Shown: positions 9,201-18,600, numbered from the stretch's first letter. The stretch: DNA of 64,000 nt from Deltaproteobacteria bacterium (GCA_040218735.1 JAVJQW010000023.1:512001-576000); one strand, 5' to 3'. The notes: a model not told the origin generated them from the sequence alone. Translations and numbers: made by a program.

Positions 9201-11195
9201 TCGGCCGGCGCGACAGCGCGTGCGGCGGGAACTCGCGCGATTCGAAGCACGGCTGCGCGCGGCGCCGAGGTCGCCGTGCGCGGCGCGATCGACGGGGCCG
9301 TCGGCGGCGCAGGGGGCGAGCTGTTTCGGTCGGCGCTCGACGAGGCCACGTGGGATCGGGGCGTCAGCGAAGCCATCGCCCGAATCTTCCAGGCGACGCT
9401 CCGCGGCGCCGCCATGGGCGCAACATTCGGTGGCGCGACCGGGGGGGTGATCTTCGGCGCTGGCGAGGCCTTCAATCGCGTCGCGTCACGTCACGGTACA
9501 CGCGCCGCCCTCGACATCCTCGGCGCCTTCGACGGTACGGAGCTCGGCGTCGGCTACGTCCGCGGATTGGACGAAGCGACGCAGGACGCCCTCTTCCGCG
9601 CGCGCGCAGCGCATAGCATCGGACGCGACGACATCGCCCGGGACCTGCTGACCCGCGAAGCGCGCCTCACTCCGACCGACGCGGACGAGATCCTCGATGC
9701 GCTGCGGGCGCGCGCCGATCTCGCCCGACGGGTCACCTCCGATATCGACCGCACGATCGACGACGATGTCGCCGCGGCGCTCGGTGACGAGCTCGGCGTA
9801 CCGATCCGGGTCGATTCGGATCTGGCCGGCCATCGGCACCGCATCGAGGTCGACTATCGCCTCGGCGTGTGGGGCTCGCCGGATGCGCTCACGATTCGCG
9901 TCGCGCCCGGCACTCCGGTGGGCGACGTCATCGCGCACCAGGCGGTCGTGCGTCGGATCCGCGATTTCGGCCGCGCCTCGCGCAGCTTCCGCGGCTTCTT
10001 CGAGCGCGCGCACGCGTTCTTGCGCGGCGCGAGCGACACGATGCCGCTCCGGGCGGAGCGCCTCGCCGAGCTCGACAAATACGGGCTGATGATCGAGGCC
10101 CGCCAGCGTGCGCTGACTGGAGAGGCGCTCTCGGACGAGCTCGCCGAGCGCCTCGAACGAGAGATCGCCGAGCTTCGTCGTTGGCGGGCCCACTTCGCCG
10201 AACAGCTCGACGAAGTCGGCGCAGGACAGGGGGTCATCCGCTCGGAGGGTGAGATGGACTTCTCCGAGGAAGCGATGCGCGCGCGATGGGAGCGCGACCT
10301 CGCCGAGCCGGATCTGATGGACGACGCGCTCCCGACCGTGACGGAGGCTCAGGACGCGGCTGCGACGTCGCGCTACCGCTATTCGTCATCGACGCAGCTC
10401 CCCGTCGGGACGACGGCGGACGAGGTCCGCGACGCGTTTCGCACGGTTCACTTCGACGGCCGCGGCGCAGAGAGCTTCGGTCAGTTCGAACACGAGTTGA
10501 GGTCGTACGTCGCCTTGGGCGTGATCAGCGAAGCCGACATCATGGAAGTCATCACTCGGCGCCTCAACGGAACGCAGGTCTCGGGCAGGGCCCGCGTGCT
10601 GGGCCCGATCGTTCGCGATGTCCGCCGCATGGCGCGTGCCTCTGCGCTCCGGGAGATCGAGGAGGGTTCACTCGATCTCCTCGAGGTGCTCGACGTTCTA
10701 CCGCCGTTCGGCAAGGGGGACGTGTTCGAGTCCTGGTTCTCACGTCACGGCGGACCCGGTATCGAACAGATCTCGGTCGACGCGCGGCGACTCCGAGAGC
10801 AAGGCCCCACCCTCGCGGGCGACCGTCGGATCGATCGCATCGAAGCCATCAACGGGGACGAGCTCGACGCCGCGACCGAGGACCGGATCCGTCGAATGCT
10901 CGCCGGCGACACGACGGCCGCTCAGGAAGGTCCGATCCCCAGCCTGCGCGTGCGCGAGCTCAAGGCCGGACGTTTCACCGGCGATCATCGCGCGCAGCTT
11001 CGCGACAACCTGCGTCTCCTTCGGCTCGGCGCCGTGAACGAAGTGAGCCTGACGATCACTCGGCTGGACGCGATCGACCCGTCGCAGCTCGCCTGGCTGC
11101 AGCGGCAACTCCGGAGGTACCGCGGTCAGTTCGTGATCGAGGTCGTCAACGGCCCACGAATCACCTCTTCCGCACAGCTCGGCAGGATGCGATGA
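6291..11195 (+). CDS. DUF4157 (eCIS core domain) large putative toxin with central hydrophobic segment and C-terminal PD-(D/E)xK nuclease-like domain
   Basis: N-terminal ARAVTIGRHVF..LAHELTHTVQQ (HExxH). Gly/Ala-rich hydrophobic stretch at about 8915-9050. C-terminal GDVFE..RRID..RELKAG..QL. Confidence 0.8.
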   Translation: MGPPSKRKAKALVPSGGTPLPAKTRRRFESAMNVDLRDVRTHASRDVGEHGARAVTIGRHVFGPPSLFAPDAKDDVRTLAHELTHTVQQQERSPHGALERTAPRSLEERYARRVADVVSTGRPVDPAWLRYRSPRAFVAYDDEPTDADRAAAADLRLAVQARDQAAGLRVLRANTGPAMHRVRAAYGEDFVPDLRQLFRYRARHPNGLSDLILRTVLPAGTEPWGEARALLGDALTLEEELRTLEGIMSWNVAAFWRVLEEADDEHVLRMFEAQGVEPEEGDRPTSNLAGVRALIESALGDSERWLANNVNVQRAMRILLAKANRARAARRARGVEAPRTDGDDADDGHFDDPLLEAHVDLVWSRIVEADRRWGPAFEAEPMASRAYLALADLEAIERRAIGVRIRARTWSGFDSDIVARLEEIADERDDAQALSLAMRQALTERHHDAYGMQLATERAGTLVHRARTRDLERPPTPPGVEVPSFLEFGAPPSEGSTRDILHDPVLLELLLDHSGEPMNVGGQYIEWMRSMGMTTGEVAEYQMRGVGDFDELYTVVEGVAPAERFSLVHFNANGRAAMQRANLTAEQDRMIWALVSQGGPSLLPGLDAENDGLIAARHLLAAAREERPDRVFAVLRSLDEPTRTAMSQTEAYAEALRHLERSDIEGRVLAGNIRRVVLRGELQEALEAYAIRPGTTPRIRDRSAFAELISHELDQGGGRSRQVEIRRGFVLHQRSLRHPDLELSTGDQALVDAYRDYANFIEGEDNEDQQPLWNVLLGAPRVVGGQQDLDPNMEADFMFYRLQQFAGLRGAAVAPWGWALHDLDEATVGFTALYERVRPGGVSPSDLAELVLRYHAAIRATEAYRDANESLASDVASIVACVVGVAVVTVLSGGTLGPVAIAAVAGLAGGSAAAITGAALRHESSGEDVATDFALGAVEGALAITGEALAARAVRGLGLAAEGAAEVATMSAGATARAAGTRAIRSTAARGAEVAVRGAIDGAVGGAGGELFRSALDEATWDRGVSEAIARIFQATLRGAAMGATFGGATGGVIFGAGEAFNRVASRHGTRAALDILGAFDGTELGVGYVRGLDEATQDALFRARAAHSIGRDDIARDLLTREARLTPTDADEILDALRARADLARRVTSDIDRTIDDDVAAALGDELGVPIRVDSDLAGHRHRIEVDYRLGVWGSPDALTIRVAPGTPVGDVIAHQAVVRRIRDFGRASRSFRGFFERAHAFLRGASDTMPLRAERLAELDKYGLMIEARQRALTGEALSDELAERLEREIAELRRWRAHFAEQLDEVGAGQGVIRSEGEMDFSEEAMRARWERDLAEPDLMDDALPTVTEAQDAAATSRYRYSSSTQLPVGTTADEVRDAFRTVHFDGRGAESFGQFEHELRSYVALGVISEADIMEVITRRLNGTQVSGRARVLGPIVRDVRRMARASALREIEEGSLDLLEVLDVLPPFGKGDVFESWFSRHGGPGIEQISVDARRLREQGPTLAGDRRIDRIEAINGDELDAATEDRIRRMLAGDTTAAQEGPIPSLRVRELKAGRFTGDHRAQLRDNLRLLRLGAVNEVSLTITRLDAIDPSQLAWLQRQLRRYRGQFVIEVVNGPRITSSAQLGRMR

Positions 11196-12160
11196 CGGTG
11201 CCCGTGCTGCCGATCTCGTTCGAGGCTCGAGATCTCCCCCGCCTCCTAACAGACGTGGTCACGACTTTCTGTTCGGGGCGAGCGCCCGACGCCATCGTGC
11301 AGATCGACTCCGATCTCGATCTCGCGCTCGTCGACGATTGGCCGGATCGGTACGCCCACCAAGAGATCGAGGTGACGTTCGGTTCGTCGGTACTCCAAAC
11401 CGACCCGGAGGACCGCGCCGTCATCGCCGAGCTGAATCTCCCCCTCGACCTCGAAGCGCTGCTCACGAGCCTCGAACGGATCGACTTCGAGACCGCCGTG
11501 GTCGGCGCGCTTCACGAGGAGTGGCTCGGGCGGGCCGGCGATCCGAGCTGGGGGATGTCGGGCGCGGGGCTTGGCTTCGGGCACCACCCGCACGGCTTCC
11601 TGACGGCATTCAAAGGCGACGGACACCGCCGACTGATGTCGAAACGCGCCGTCGACTACGGGCCTTGGCGTGTGATCCGCCGCGGAGACCTCACCGCGCT
11701 ACAGTTCCACGCGATCGATGCCGACCCCGCAACGGCCCGCGCGCAGGCGCTTCCGGCGCACCGGTGGCTCGGCTACAAGGTGCAGGATCCGGGCGTCGTC
11801 CTGTTCGGGGAACACCACGTCTACCACCACGACCTTCGCGGCTTCTACGACGTGGAGACCCGCACGTATCGCATCCTCGTCGCGGGTCGGCCGGTCCCGC
11901 TCCAGGAGATGAACGACGCGCGTGAGCTCATGGAGAAACGTCGGCGCGACGGCGACGATGTCATCGACCGCCTCGCGTTTGTCTTTGCGTACGAGGCCGA
12001 GGCGAGAGCTCACCTCCATGAACTTTGGCTTCGAGGGCTCGAGTGCCGCGTCACGACACCGTCGGCCGACGAGGTGCAGCTCGACGCGAGCTACACGCCG
12101 CCGCCCCCGAACCCACCGGAGTGGGTCGCGAGGTTGGAGTCCAACGAAGGTGCCGGCTGA
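11192..12160 (+). CDS. Putative immunity protein for the upstream nuclease-like toxin (322 aa)
   Basis: ATGA overlap with the toxin stop. Globular sequence starting MTVPVLPISF. Function is inferred from position only. Confidence 0.6.
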   Translation: MTVPVLPISFEARDLPRLLTDVVTTFCSGRAPDAIVQIDSDLDLALVDDWPDRYAHQEIEVTFGSSVLQTDPEDRAVIAELNLPLDLEALLTSLERIDFETAVVGALHEEWLGRAGDPSWGMSGAGLGFGHHPHGFLTAFKGDGHRRLMSKRAVDYGPWRVIRRGDLTALQFHAIDADPATARAQALPAHRWLGYKVQDPGVVLFGEHHVYHHDLRGFYDVETRTYRILVAGRPVPLQEMNDARELMEKRRRDGDDVIDRLAFVFAYEAEARAHLHELWLRGLECRVTTPSADEVQLDASYTPPPPNPPEWVARLESNEGAG

Positions 12161-14142
12161 AACCGCTGCAGGGTGATGCGATCCAGCATTCGGCCGTCGC
12201 GACGGAGATGACGGGTCGCTGCATCCAGGAGGTCGCGCATTCGGAGCGAGCGCTGCTCGCGCGCTGCGGCGAACGCCGCGTCCACCGCGATGTTCCTGAT
12301 CTGCCCACCGGACGCCTCGAAGCCATCCGCGAGCAAGTCGATCAGGACGTCGTCGTCGAGCGGAATTCCGCGCCCCAACGTGCGCTGCCAGATGCGGCGT
12401 CGTAGCTCGGCGTCCGGCATCGGGAACTCCAAAGCAAACTGGATGCGGCGCGTGAACGCCGCGTCCATGTTCTTCGCGAGATTCGTCGCGAACACGACCG
12501 GGCCCGCGTGTCGCTCGATACGCTGCAGGAGGTATGCGACCTCGATGTTGCTGTAGCGGTCGCGCGCATCCTTGACCTCCGACCTCTTCCCCAGGATCGC
12601 CTCGGCCTCGTCGAAGAACAGCAGCGCATTCGACCGGCGCGCGGCCTCGAAGACACGGTCGAGGTTCTTCTCGGTCTCTCCGATGTACTTGCTGACGACG
12701 CCGGCGAGATCGACACGATACAGATCGAGGCCGACCTCGCTTGCAGCAACACCCGCGGCCATCGTCTTGCCCGTCCCCGACGGACCGGCGAACAGGGCGC
12801 ACACCCCCGCGTTGCGCCCGGCGGCACCACCGACGCCCCACTCGACGAAGACCCGGGCCCGGTGGCGAATCGCACTCACGAACGCCTCGAGCCGTTCGCG
12901 CGTCGCGTCGGGGAGCACGAGGTCGTCCCACGGATCGGTGTCCGTGCCGCGCACGGCGAGACGCCCCAACTCGTGCTCGAGGCGAGAACGGCAGGCGGCG
13001 GTCAGCGCCGACTTCGACGTACCGCGATCGACACGGAGGGACACCGCGGCCTCGCGAACGGCATCAACGACCTGGGCGTCCGAGAGCTCGTACGTTCGCG
13101 CGATATCCTGAAGGTCCGACTCGTCGAGGTCACACGGCGTCGCGTGGATCGCCCGGCGCCATTGCTCGACGCGCCCCTCGAAGCTGGGCGGTGAGAGTTT
13201 CAAGACGTGGGCGGGCGCCCCGAGGGACGAGAGCCGCCACGCGTCGTCCGGGTCCGTGTCGACGAAGACCGGGCCCCCCCACGCGAGGGCGTCGATGTCA
13301 GCGGCGATCGAAGCGGACGACCACAACCCGCGCACGTAGAGCGCGGCATCGTCGAGCCGCGCACGTAGACGAATGCTCCTCAGAGCCGTCACCCGGTCCG
13401 CTCCGGTCGGCAGACGCCCGAGGTCGACGCTCAGCAGCGGTTGGGTCCGATGCGCCGCGATGTGCGCGGCAGCGCCGAAGGTATCGGCCACAGCGCCGCC
13501 GATCAGAACCACGATGGCCGGCGCCGTGCCGTCGGCGAGTGCGCCCGCGAACGCTTCGAGCCGCGAGGCATCTTGATGCCCCGTGAGCTCCAATGCGGGC
13601 GGGCGAATGCAGCCCTCGGGAGCGCGGTACGGAGCACCCTCGAGCGCCTCGACGACCAGCGGCGCCGCGGTGAACGCGTCCAGCAACGTCGAAGCGTGAT
13701 CCTCGGTCCGTCGAACCAATAACCCCTCGGTGAACAAGCGGCGCTCCGGACGAAGCATCGCGCGGGCCGCCGCGCGGTCGTCGGGCTCGAACACCGCGAG
13801 GGCCAGGTCGACCGTCGCGTGCCCCCGGTAGGGATCGCCGGCCAAGTGGGCGTAAGCCGCCACGAAATCGACATCGAGCTCGGGGGCGAGCGCGAGCAAC
13901 AACACGTCCCGCTCGAAAGGGACGAGCCCCATCGCCGCGCCCAGCCTTCGCACGGGACTCGACGATGCGGCGAGCGTCGCCTCGACATCCGAGATCGCGT
14001 GGACGAGCTCCGTCGGGACCGCGTCCGGCACGACGCCGCCGAACACACGTTCGAGCGGCCCGGCGCGGCGCGTCCAGGCCGTTCGCCTCAGTAGAAGGAG
14101 GAGTCGCTCGAGCTCGAGCGCAGTATCCGGCGCGTAGTTCAT
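12091..14142 (-). CDS. eCIS-associated AAA+ ATPase (Afp15/Pvc15-like), copy 2
   Basis: WDDLVLP, LFAGPSGTGKT, VVSKYIGETEKNL, FDEAEAILGKRSEVKDARDRYSNIEV. ATGA-coupled to the upstream gene. Last gene of the eCIS operon. Confidence 0.9.
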   Translation of the reverse strand: MNYAPDTALELERLLLLLRRTAWTRRAGPLERVFGGVVPDAVPTELVHAISDVEATLAASSSPVRRLGAAMGLVPFERDVLLLALAPELDVDFVAAYAHLAGDPYRGHATVDLALAVFEPDDRAAARAMLRPERRLFTEGLLVRRTEDHASTLLDAFTAAPLVVEALEGAPYRAPEGCIRPPALELTGHQDASRLEAFAGALADGTAPAIVVLIGGAVADTFGAAAHIAAHRTQPLLSVDLGRLPTGADRVTALRSIRLRARLDDAALYVRGLWSSASIAADIDALAWGGPVFVDTDPDDAWRLSSLGAPAHVLKLSPPSFEGRVEQWRRAIHATPCDLDESDLQDIARTYELSDAQVVDAVREAAVSLRVDRGTSKSALTAACRSRLEHELGRLAVRGTDTDPWDDLVLPDATRERLEAFVSAIRHRARVFVEWGVGGAAGRNAGVCALFAGPSGTGKTMAAGVAASEVGLDLYRVDLAGVVSKYIGETEKNLDRVFEAARRSNALLFFDEAEAILGKRSEVKDARDRYSNIEVAYLLQRIERHAGPVVFATNLAKNMDAAFTRRIQFALEFPMPDAELRRRIWQRTLGRGIPLDDDVLIDLLADGFEASGGQIRNIAVDAAFAAAREQRSLRMRDLLDAATRHLRRDGRMLDRITLQRFQPAPSLDSNLATHSGGFGGGGV

Positions 14143-15638
14143 GACTTCATGGCCTCCAGTCTCACGACGACGTCGGGTCGCCACGACAGCCTGAGCTCGA
14201 TGTCACAGAGCCGAGTCATCCGCACCACCACGTGCAGTGGCGGCCGTGCGACCTCGACGAGGATCTCACCGGGCGCGTAGGAGACGCGCCCGGGGACATC
14301 GAGGACGTTCTGCCACACAAAGGCCGGCGACGAGGCACCGAAGCCGATCAGCCGGGCGGCGACCCTCTCCACGCACCAGCGACTCGCGGCGCGCACGGCC
14401 TCGACCGGTGCCTTGGGCGTCGCGTCGTCCACGATGCGCATCGGGCACTGCACGGCGAGCCACTGCATCGCTTCCGTCGGTCCGACGCCGCCCCCTACGC
14501 CCATCATGTTGCGAAGCGGCGGATCCTCGAAGAGCGTCGGCCACGCCTCTCCGGCGGCAAACGCGACGACGAACAATCGACAAAGGGCGTCGGCAGCGAC
14601 GTCGCCACACGACGCCCAATCCTCGGCGACACCGTCGAGGTCGAGCGCGTCCACGAACGGGAGCAACATCATCGCGCCCCCAGCGCGCGTGAGCTCTCGC
14701 GTCGGCGACGTGCGCTTGGGGCCGTCGCCCGCGCCCGGTCGGTGCGGTTCGAGACCGGCCGCAGTGCGGAGCACGCGAAGCAGCGAAGGCGGCACGTCGG
14801 CTGCGTTCACGTCGTCGGCGAGAGCAGGAGACGGCGGGTCCTCCATCGCTCCGGACGGGGTCCGCTCGGTGCTCGTCGCCTGCTGAGCGATCAAGCGCTG
14901 GGCCTCGCGTACCCATCGCACCACGGCCGCACTGACCGAACCGCCGGACGCGGCGTACGCGACCACGATCGATGCCGTCGCTCGCCACGAAGTCAGGCGT
15001 GTGCGCGGCAGCGACAACGATTCGGAGGCCAGCACCTCTGCGACCGTGTCTGGCGCGGGCGAAGACGTCGTTGGATCGATCCATCCCTCGACCCAAAGGC
15101 GAGCGTCACGCTCCGTGACGACATCCACCACCTTCGAACGCACCGTGCGATCGAGCGTTTGCCACGCCGCCATCCCCAGCTCCCGATCGGCGGTGAGGGC
15201 CGTCCGTATCGCCGGTGAGGTCGGGACGACGCGGAGCCCGTCGAAACGCCGGAGGAACCAGGCCCCCTCATCGCCGAAGGCGCGACGCTGCACGTACGCC
15301 GCAAGCTCGTGCGCCGGACTCTCGAAGCGCACCACGTCCTCTCCTCCCCCGGCGAGCATGGCCAGCAAACGCTTCGCGATCGCGACGGCCCAAACCTCCG
15401 CCTGCTCGCGCGGCGGGAGGCTCGCGTCGAGATCGAAGTCGAGCTCCAGCCGCCGAATCGCGATCACCTCGCCCCGGTCGGGGAGCGCGAGCGCATCGAG
15501 CACCCGCGCGAGCGCATCACACAACCGTGTCTCGACGACGTCGTCGAGGCGACGACGGAGCCCTTCGCGATCCGGATGATCACGAGCGACGAGATACTCC
15601 GCCGAGAGCCGGCGCACTGCGACTTCGTAGCCTGACAT
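14139..15638 (-). CDS. eCIS tape-measure-like protein (Afp14/CIS_TMP-like)
   Basis: N-terminal VIAIRRLELDFDL and C-terminal GGAMMLLPF..VWQNVLDVPGRV..PLHVVV..LSW pattern. Sits between fibre and ATPase. TGATG coupling. Confidence 0.6.
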   Translation of the reverse strand: MSGYEVAVRRLSAEYLVARDHPDREGLRRRLDDVVETRLCDALARVLDALALPDRGEVIAIRRLELDFDLDASLPPREQAEVWAVAIAKRLLAMLAGGGEDVVRFESPAHELAAYVQRRAFGDEGAWFLRRFDGLRVVPTSPAIRTALTADRELGMAAWQTLDRTVRSKVVDVVTERDARLWVEGWIDPTTSSPAPDTVAEVLASESLSLPRTRLTSWRATASIVVAYAASGGSVSAAVVRWVREAQRLIAQQATSTERTPSGAMEDPPSPALADDVNAADVPPSLLRVLRTAAGLEPHRPGAGDGPKRTSPTRELTRAGGAMMLLPFVDALDLDGVAEDWASCGDVAADALCRLFVVAFAAGEAWPTLFEDPPLRNMMGVGGGVGPTEAMQWLAVQCPMRIVDDATPKAPVEAVRAASRWCVERVAARLIGFGASSPAFVWQNVLDVPGRVSYAPGEILVEVARPPLHVVVRMTRLCDIELRLSWRPDVVVRLEAMKS

Positions 15639-18598
15639 CAGCCGTCGAGGCGCTTCTCGAGCGCCGCCAGGCGGGCCTCCATCGCGTCGAGACGCTCCGC
15701 CATCTTGGCCGCGACGGCGCGCGTTCCACCGGGGTCGACCGCGACGAGGCAACGCACCCTTCGCACCTCTTCACTCGCGTCACCGTCGATCGCTCGGCCG
15801 ACGACTCGCGAGAGGTCGCGAGGTCGCAGATCTTCCTCCTCGATCGCGGTCGCACATCCGTCGTGGTCGCCGGACGCGACCAAGAGCATCCCGGCGCGAA
15901 CCGGGCCCCGGGTTCGAACGTCGACCTGCCCTAGGAACGCCACCAGCGCGTGTCGCTGACGATCGTCACCAGGGTCGTTGCCCGCGACCAAGGCCTGGTC
16001 CGTGACGACCGCGACCGCGGACGACGCGCCGATCCGGCGCGACGCCCCTCGCGCCCCGAAGCACACGACATCCCCCGGCTCGAGCGCCTCCGACGGGTCG
16101 GCCCGCGGAACCCACTCGGCATAGTCGGCGCCGGGCCCCGTGACTCGCACGCTCCCGCCGAACCCTTCGATGCGGCCGACGGGCCCCCCCGTACCGAAGA
16201 ACGTGACGAAGTTGTTGTTCCCGTTTGGAGCCGCGCGGTTCACACGTAGCGCGAGGACACTCGACGTCCCCGTGTTGCGGTTTTCGATGAACGCCACGTG
16301 GTCGTTGGTGCTCGAGCCGTCTCCAGGCCGGTCGTCGCGAACGTGAAGACGGTTGGCCGGCGCCACCGTACCGACCCCGACGTCGGCGCCCGCACACGCC
16401 ACGGCGGCGAGTCCGCGACTCACGAGTCGCATCGTATCCGTCGCACGATCCAGCTCGAGCCGTCCCCGTTCGACGCCGGCGATCGACATGCGAAGATCCG
16501 GGTCGCCCCCGCCCGAAGAGTCCAGCACCAGCTCCGGGTTGGGGTTGCGGACGTGAATCGACACGTTCGGCGCGCTCGTACCCACCCCCAACCGACCCTG
16601 ATCAGTGATCACGACGCGCTCTTCCTCCGGCCGCGTCTCATGGATCGTGACGTCACCGCCACGCGGCCGGAGATGAAGCCGATCGCGCTCGCAGGACAAG
16701 GCGGTGACACCGTCGTGCTCCAGCTCCGTCTGTTGAGAAGCGCGACTCCACGTGAGCTTGCTCTTCTGCGTTCGGTCGTCCTGGAACCGAACGGCGGGTG
16801 AGTAGATCGACCCCGGCAGACAGTCGAGGATGACGTCGGGATCGTCCGCGTGCACCTCGATCGCTACGAGCGGGTTCTCGGTGCCGATGCCGAAGTACCC
16901 GCTGGGGAGGATGACGACGTGTGACGACATCGCGGCCAACGCCTCGTGGAAGAGAATCGTTCCGTCGCCATCGACCGTGACGTGATTCCTCGAACCGGCT
17001 CCGAAGCGAAGTTTGTCCTCGTCGTGGAAGTAGTCGACGTAGCCCCGATGGCGTTGGTCGCCCGCGGTACCGTCCGCGAAGTGGATGTGTCCGGCCGCGT
17101 TCGATCCGCTCTTGATCGTGAGCCCCGAGTTCTCGTCGTCGCGCGCGATGACGAGGTCGGACGCGGTCGGATCGAACGCTCCCGGATCGTCCGTGCCGAC
17201 GCCGACGCGCTGCCGATCCGGGTTCGTCACGAAATGGACGAACTCTCGAGAGTCGGTCGCAAAGCTCATCCCATTGTCCGCGTGGTCGTAGACGATGCGG
17301 CCACGCTTCGCGTTCGGATCTCCGGGCCCGTCGCCGAAGAAGAGGTTGCTCGTCTTGGCCGCACCCGCGGAGATCGTGACGCCAGTGTCCCCGGCGCCGT
17401 TCACGACGAGATCGTCGGCGGCCCCGTCGAACGCCGTGGGATCGGGCGCACCGATTCCAACCTTGCCTCCCCCGGTGACCACCACCTTCGGGGCGAGTGG
17501 ATCTTCGGGCGGGTCGGCCTGGTTGCCGATGACGAGGCGGTTGTCGTCGGGGTTGGCGTCGTCGGCACGACCAATCGCGAGCTCGAGATCCTCACCGCCC
17601 AGTCCGCCGGCCGCGGCGCGCCGGAGGAAGAGCGGTACGTCGCGCGTACGTCCGCCGTCGGCGCGGAACTCGACGCTCGTACCCCACATGCGCACGTGGC
17701 CGAGGCCCCGGAGGTTGCCTTCGACCCAGACGAGGTCCTCCACGCCTACGGGCTCGTCGGCGCTGGCCGGGTCCGCAGGATCCGGACCGGTGAGGTCCTG
17801 CTGCTGCACCCGATGCCCCGCGCAGAGCTGTTCGGTCGTGAGGAGAGGATCGGTCGGCGCCGTGCGGGAGCGCAGACGGATCAAACCGTCTGCGGCCTGC
17901 ACACCTTCGACGACGACGCCGGCGTAGACACGAATTCGTCGAGCGTCGAGTTTGTCGACGGGGAGCGGTTTGACGAACTGCCCAGTCCCGCCGGGCGGCC
18001 CGGCCTGCCAGCGCACGATCCCGATGGGCACCAACCACTCGGGCGGCTTGTCGTCCGGCGGGAAGTCCTGGTGGGGGACCGACGCGTCGCAGAGGACCAG
18101 GTCCCGATCTTCCAAGAGGTCGCGCGGATCGCTCTCGAGCACCCCCGCGACCTCGACGCCTCCCTGCTGTTGGATGAACGGCCGCGACCCCACGACGATC
18201 TGGGTCGCCTCGTGGATGCGGATGAACTCGTCCGCCGCTCGGCAGACTTCGAAGCCCGGTCGCACCGTTCGCCCCGGCGTCTCGACGAGGCGAAGCCATA
18301 CGGGATAGGCACCGTCGCCCTGCCCATCCAGCGCCGAAATGGGAATGGGTTTCGGCGCCATCACCATCAACGTGCGACCGTACCCATCCCACGCCAGGCC
18401 CGGGCTGACGACGATCTCGATCGTCGACTCACGTTCGATCAATTCGATGTCCAGGCCCATCGCGATGCCCCAGGTGTGGCCGGCGAGTGCGTGGCGGCGC
18501 AGGGCGCTGCGGGTGTAGTCGAGTAGCGCTTCGAGATCCTGGGCGCTCAGGTACTGCCCCTCGAAGAAGCTCGGTCGTTCCTCGAAGACCGCCGACAT
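15638..18598 (-). CDS. eCIS tail fibre protein with beta-repeat shaft and C-terminal peptidase G2/intramolecular-chaperone-like domain
   Basis: N-terminal RPSFFEGQYL..HTWGIAMGL. Repeated GKVGIG/RVGVGT/RLGVGT motifs. GADYAEW..LEPGDVV..VAFLGQVDVR..VVGRAI, then a terminal coiled coil. Confidence 0.75.
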   Translation of the reverse strand: MSAVFEERPSFFEGQYLSAQDLEALLDYTRSALRRHALAGHTWGIAMGLDIELIERESTIEIVVSPGLAWDGYGRTLMVMAPKPIPISALDGQGDGAYPVWLRLVETPGRTVRPGFEVCRAADEFIRIHEATQIVVGSRPFIQQQGGVEVAGVLESDPRDLLEDRDLVLCDASVPHQDFPPDDKPPEWLVPIGIVRWQAGPPGGTGQFVKPLPVDKLDARRIRVYAGVVVEGVQAADGLIRLRSRTAPTDPLLTTEQLCAGHRVQQQDLTGPDPADPASADEPVGVEDLVWVEGNLRGLGHVRMWGTSVEFRADGGRTRDVPLFLRRAAAGGLGGEDLELAIGRADDANPDDNRLVIGNQADPPEDPLAPKVVVTGGGKVGIGAPDPTAFDGAADDLVVNGAGDTGVTISAGAAKTSNLFFGDGPGDPNAKRGRIVYDHADNGMSFATDSREFVHFVTNPDRQRVGVGTDDPGAFDPTASDLVIARDDENSGLTIKSGSNAAGHIHFADGTAGDQRHRGYVDYFHDEDKLRFGAGSRNHVTVDGDGTILFHEALAAMSSHVVILPSGYFGIGTENPLVAIEVHADDPDVILDCLPGSIYSPAVRFQDDRTQKSKLTWSRASQQTELEHDGVTALSCERDRLHLRPRGGDVTIHETRPEEERVVITDQGRLGVGTSAPNVSIHVRNPNPELVLDSSGGGDPDLRMSIAGVERGRLELDRATDTMRLVSRGLAAVACAGADVGVGTVAPANRLHVRDDRPGDGSSTNDHVAFIENRNTGTSSVLALRVNRAAPNGNNNFVTFFGTGGPVGRIEGFGGSVRVTGPGADYAEWVPRADPSEALEPGDVVCFGARGASRRIGASSAVAVVTDQALVAGNDPGDDRQRHALVAFLGQVDVRTRGPVRAGMLLVASGDHDGCATAIEEEDLRPRDLSRVVGRAIDGDASEEVRRVRCLVAVDPGGTRAVAAKMAERLDAMEARLAALEKRLDG

Positions 18599-18600
18599 GA

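Noticed and set aside
10286-11191. N-terminal extensions of track ORFs (10286-12160, also 3983-6289 and 36891-38666) as overlapping genes
   Set aside because: They are low-complexity Arg/Pro-rich alternative-frame readings. ATGA/GTGA-coupled starts give coherent proteins.
6291-11195. Lysine scarcity of the DUF4157 toxins as ubiquitin evasion
   Set aside because: Low Lys is expected at this GC content and cannot be separated from compositional bias without a proteome baseline.
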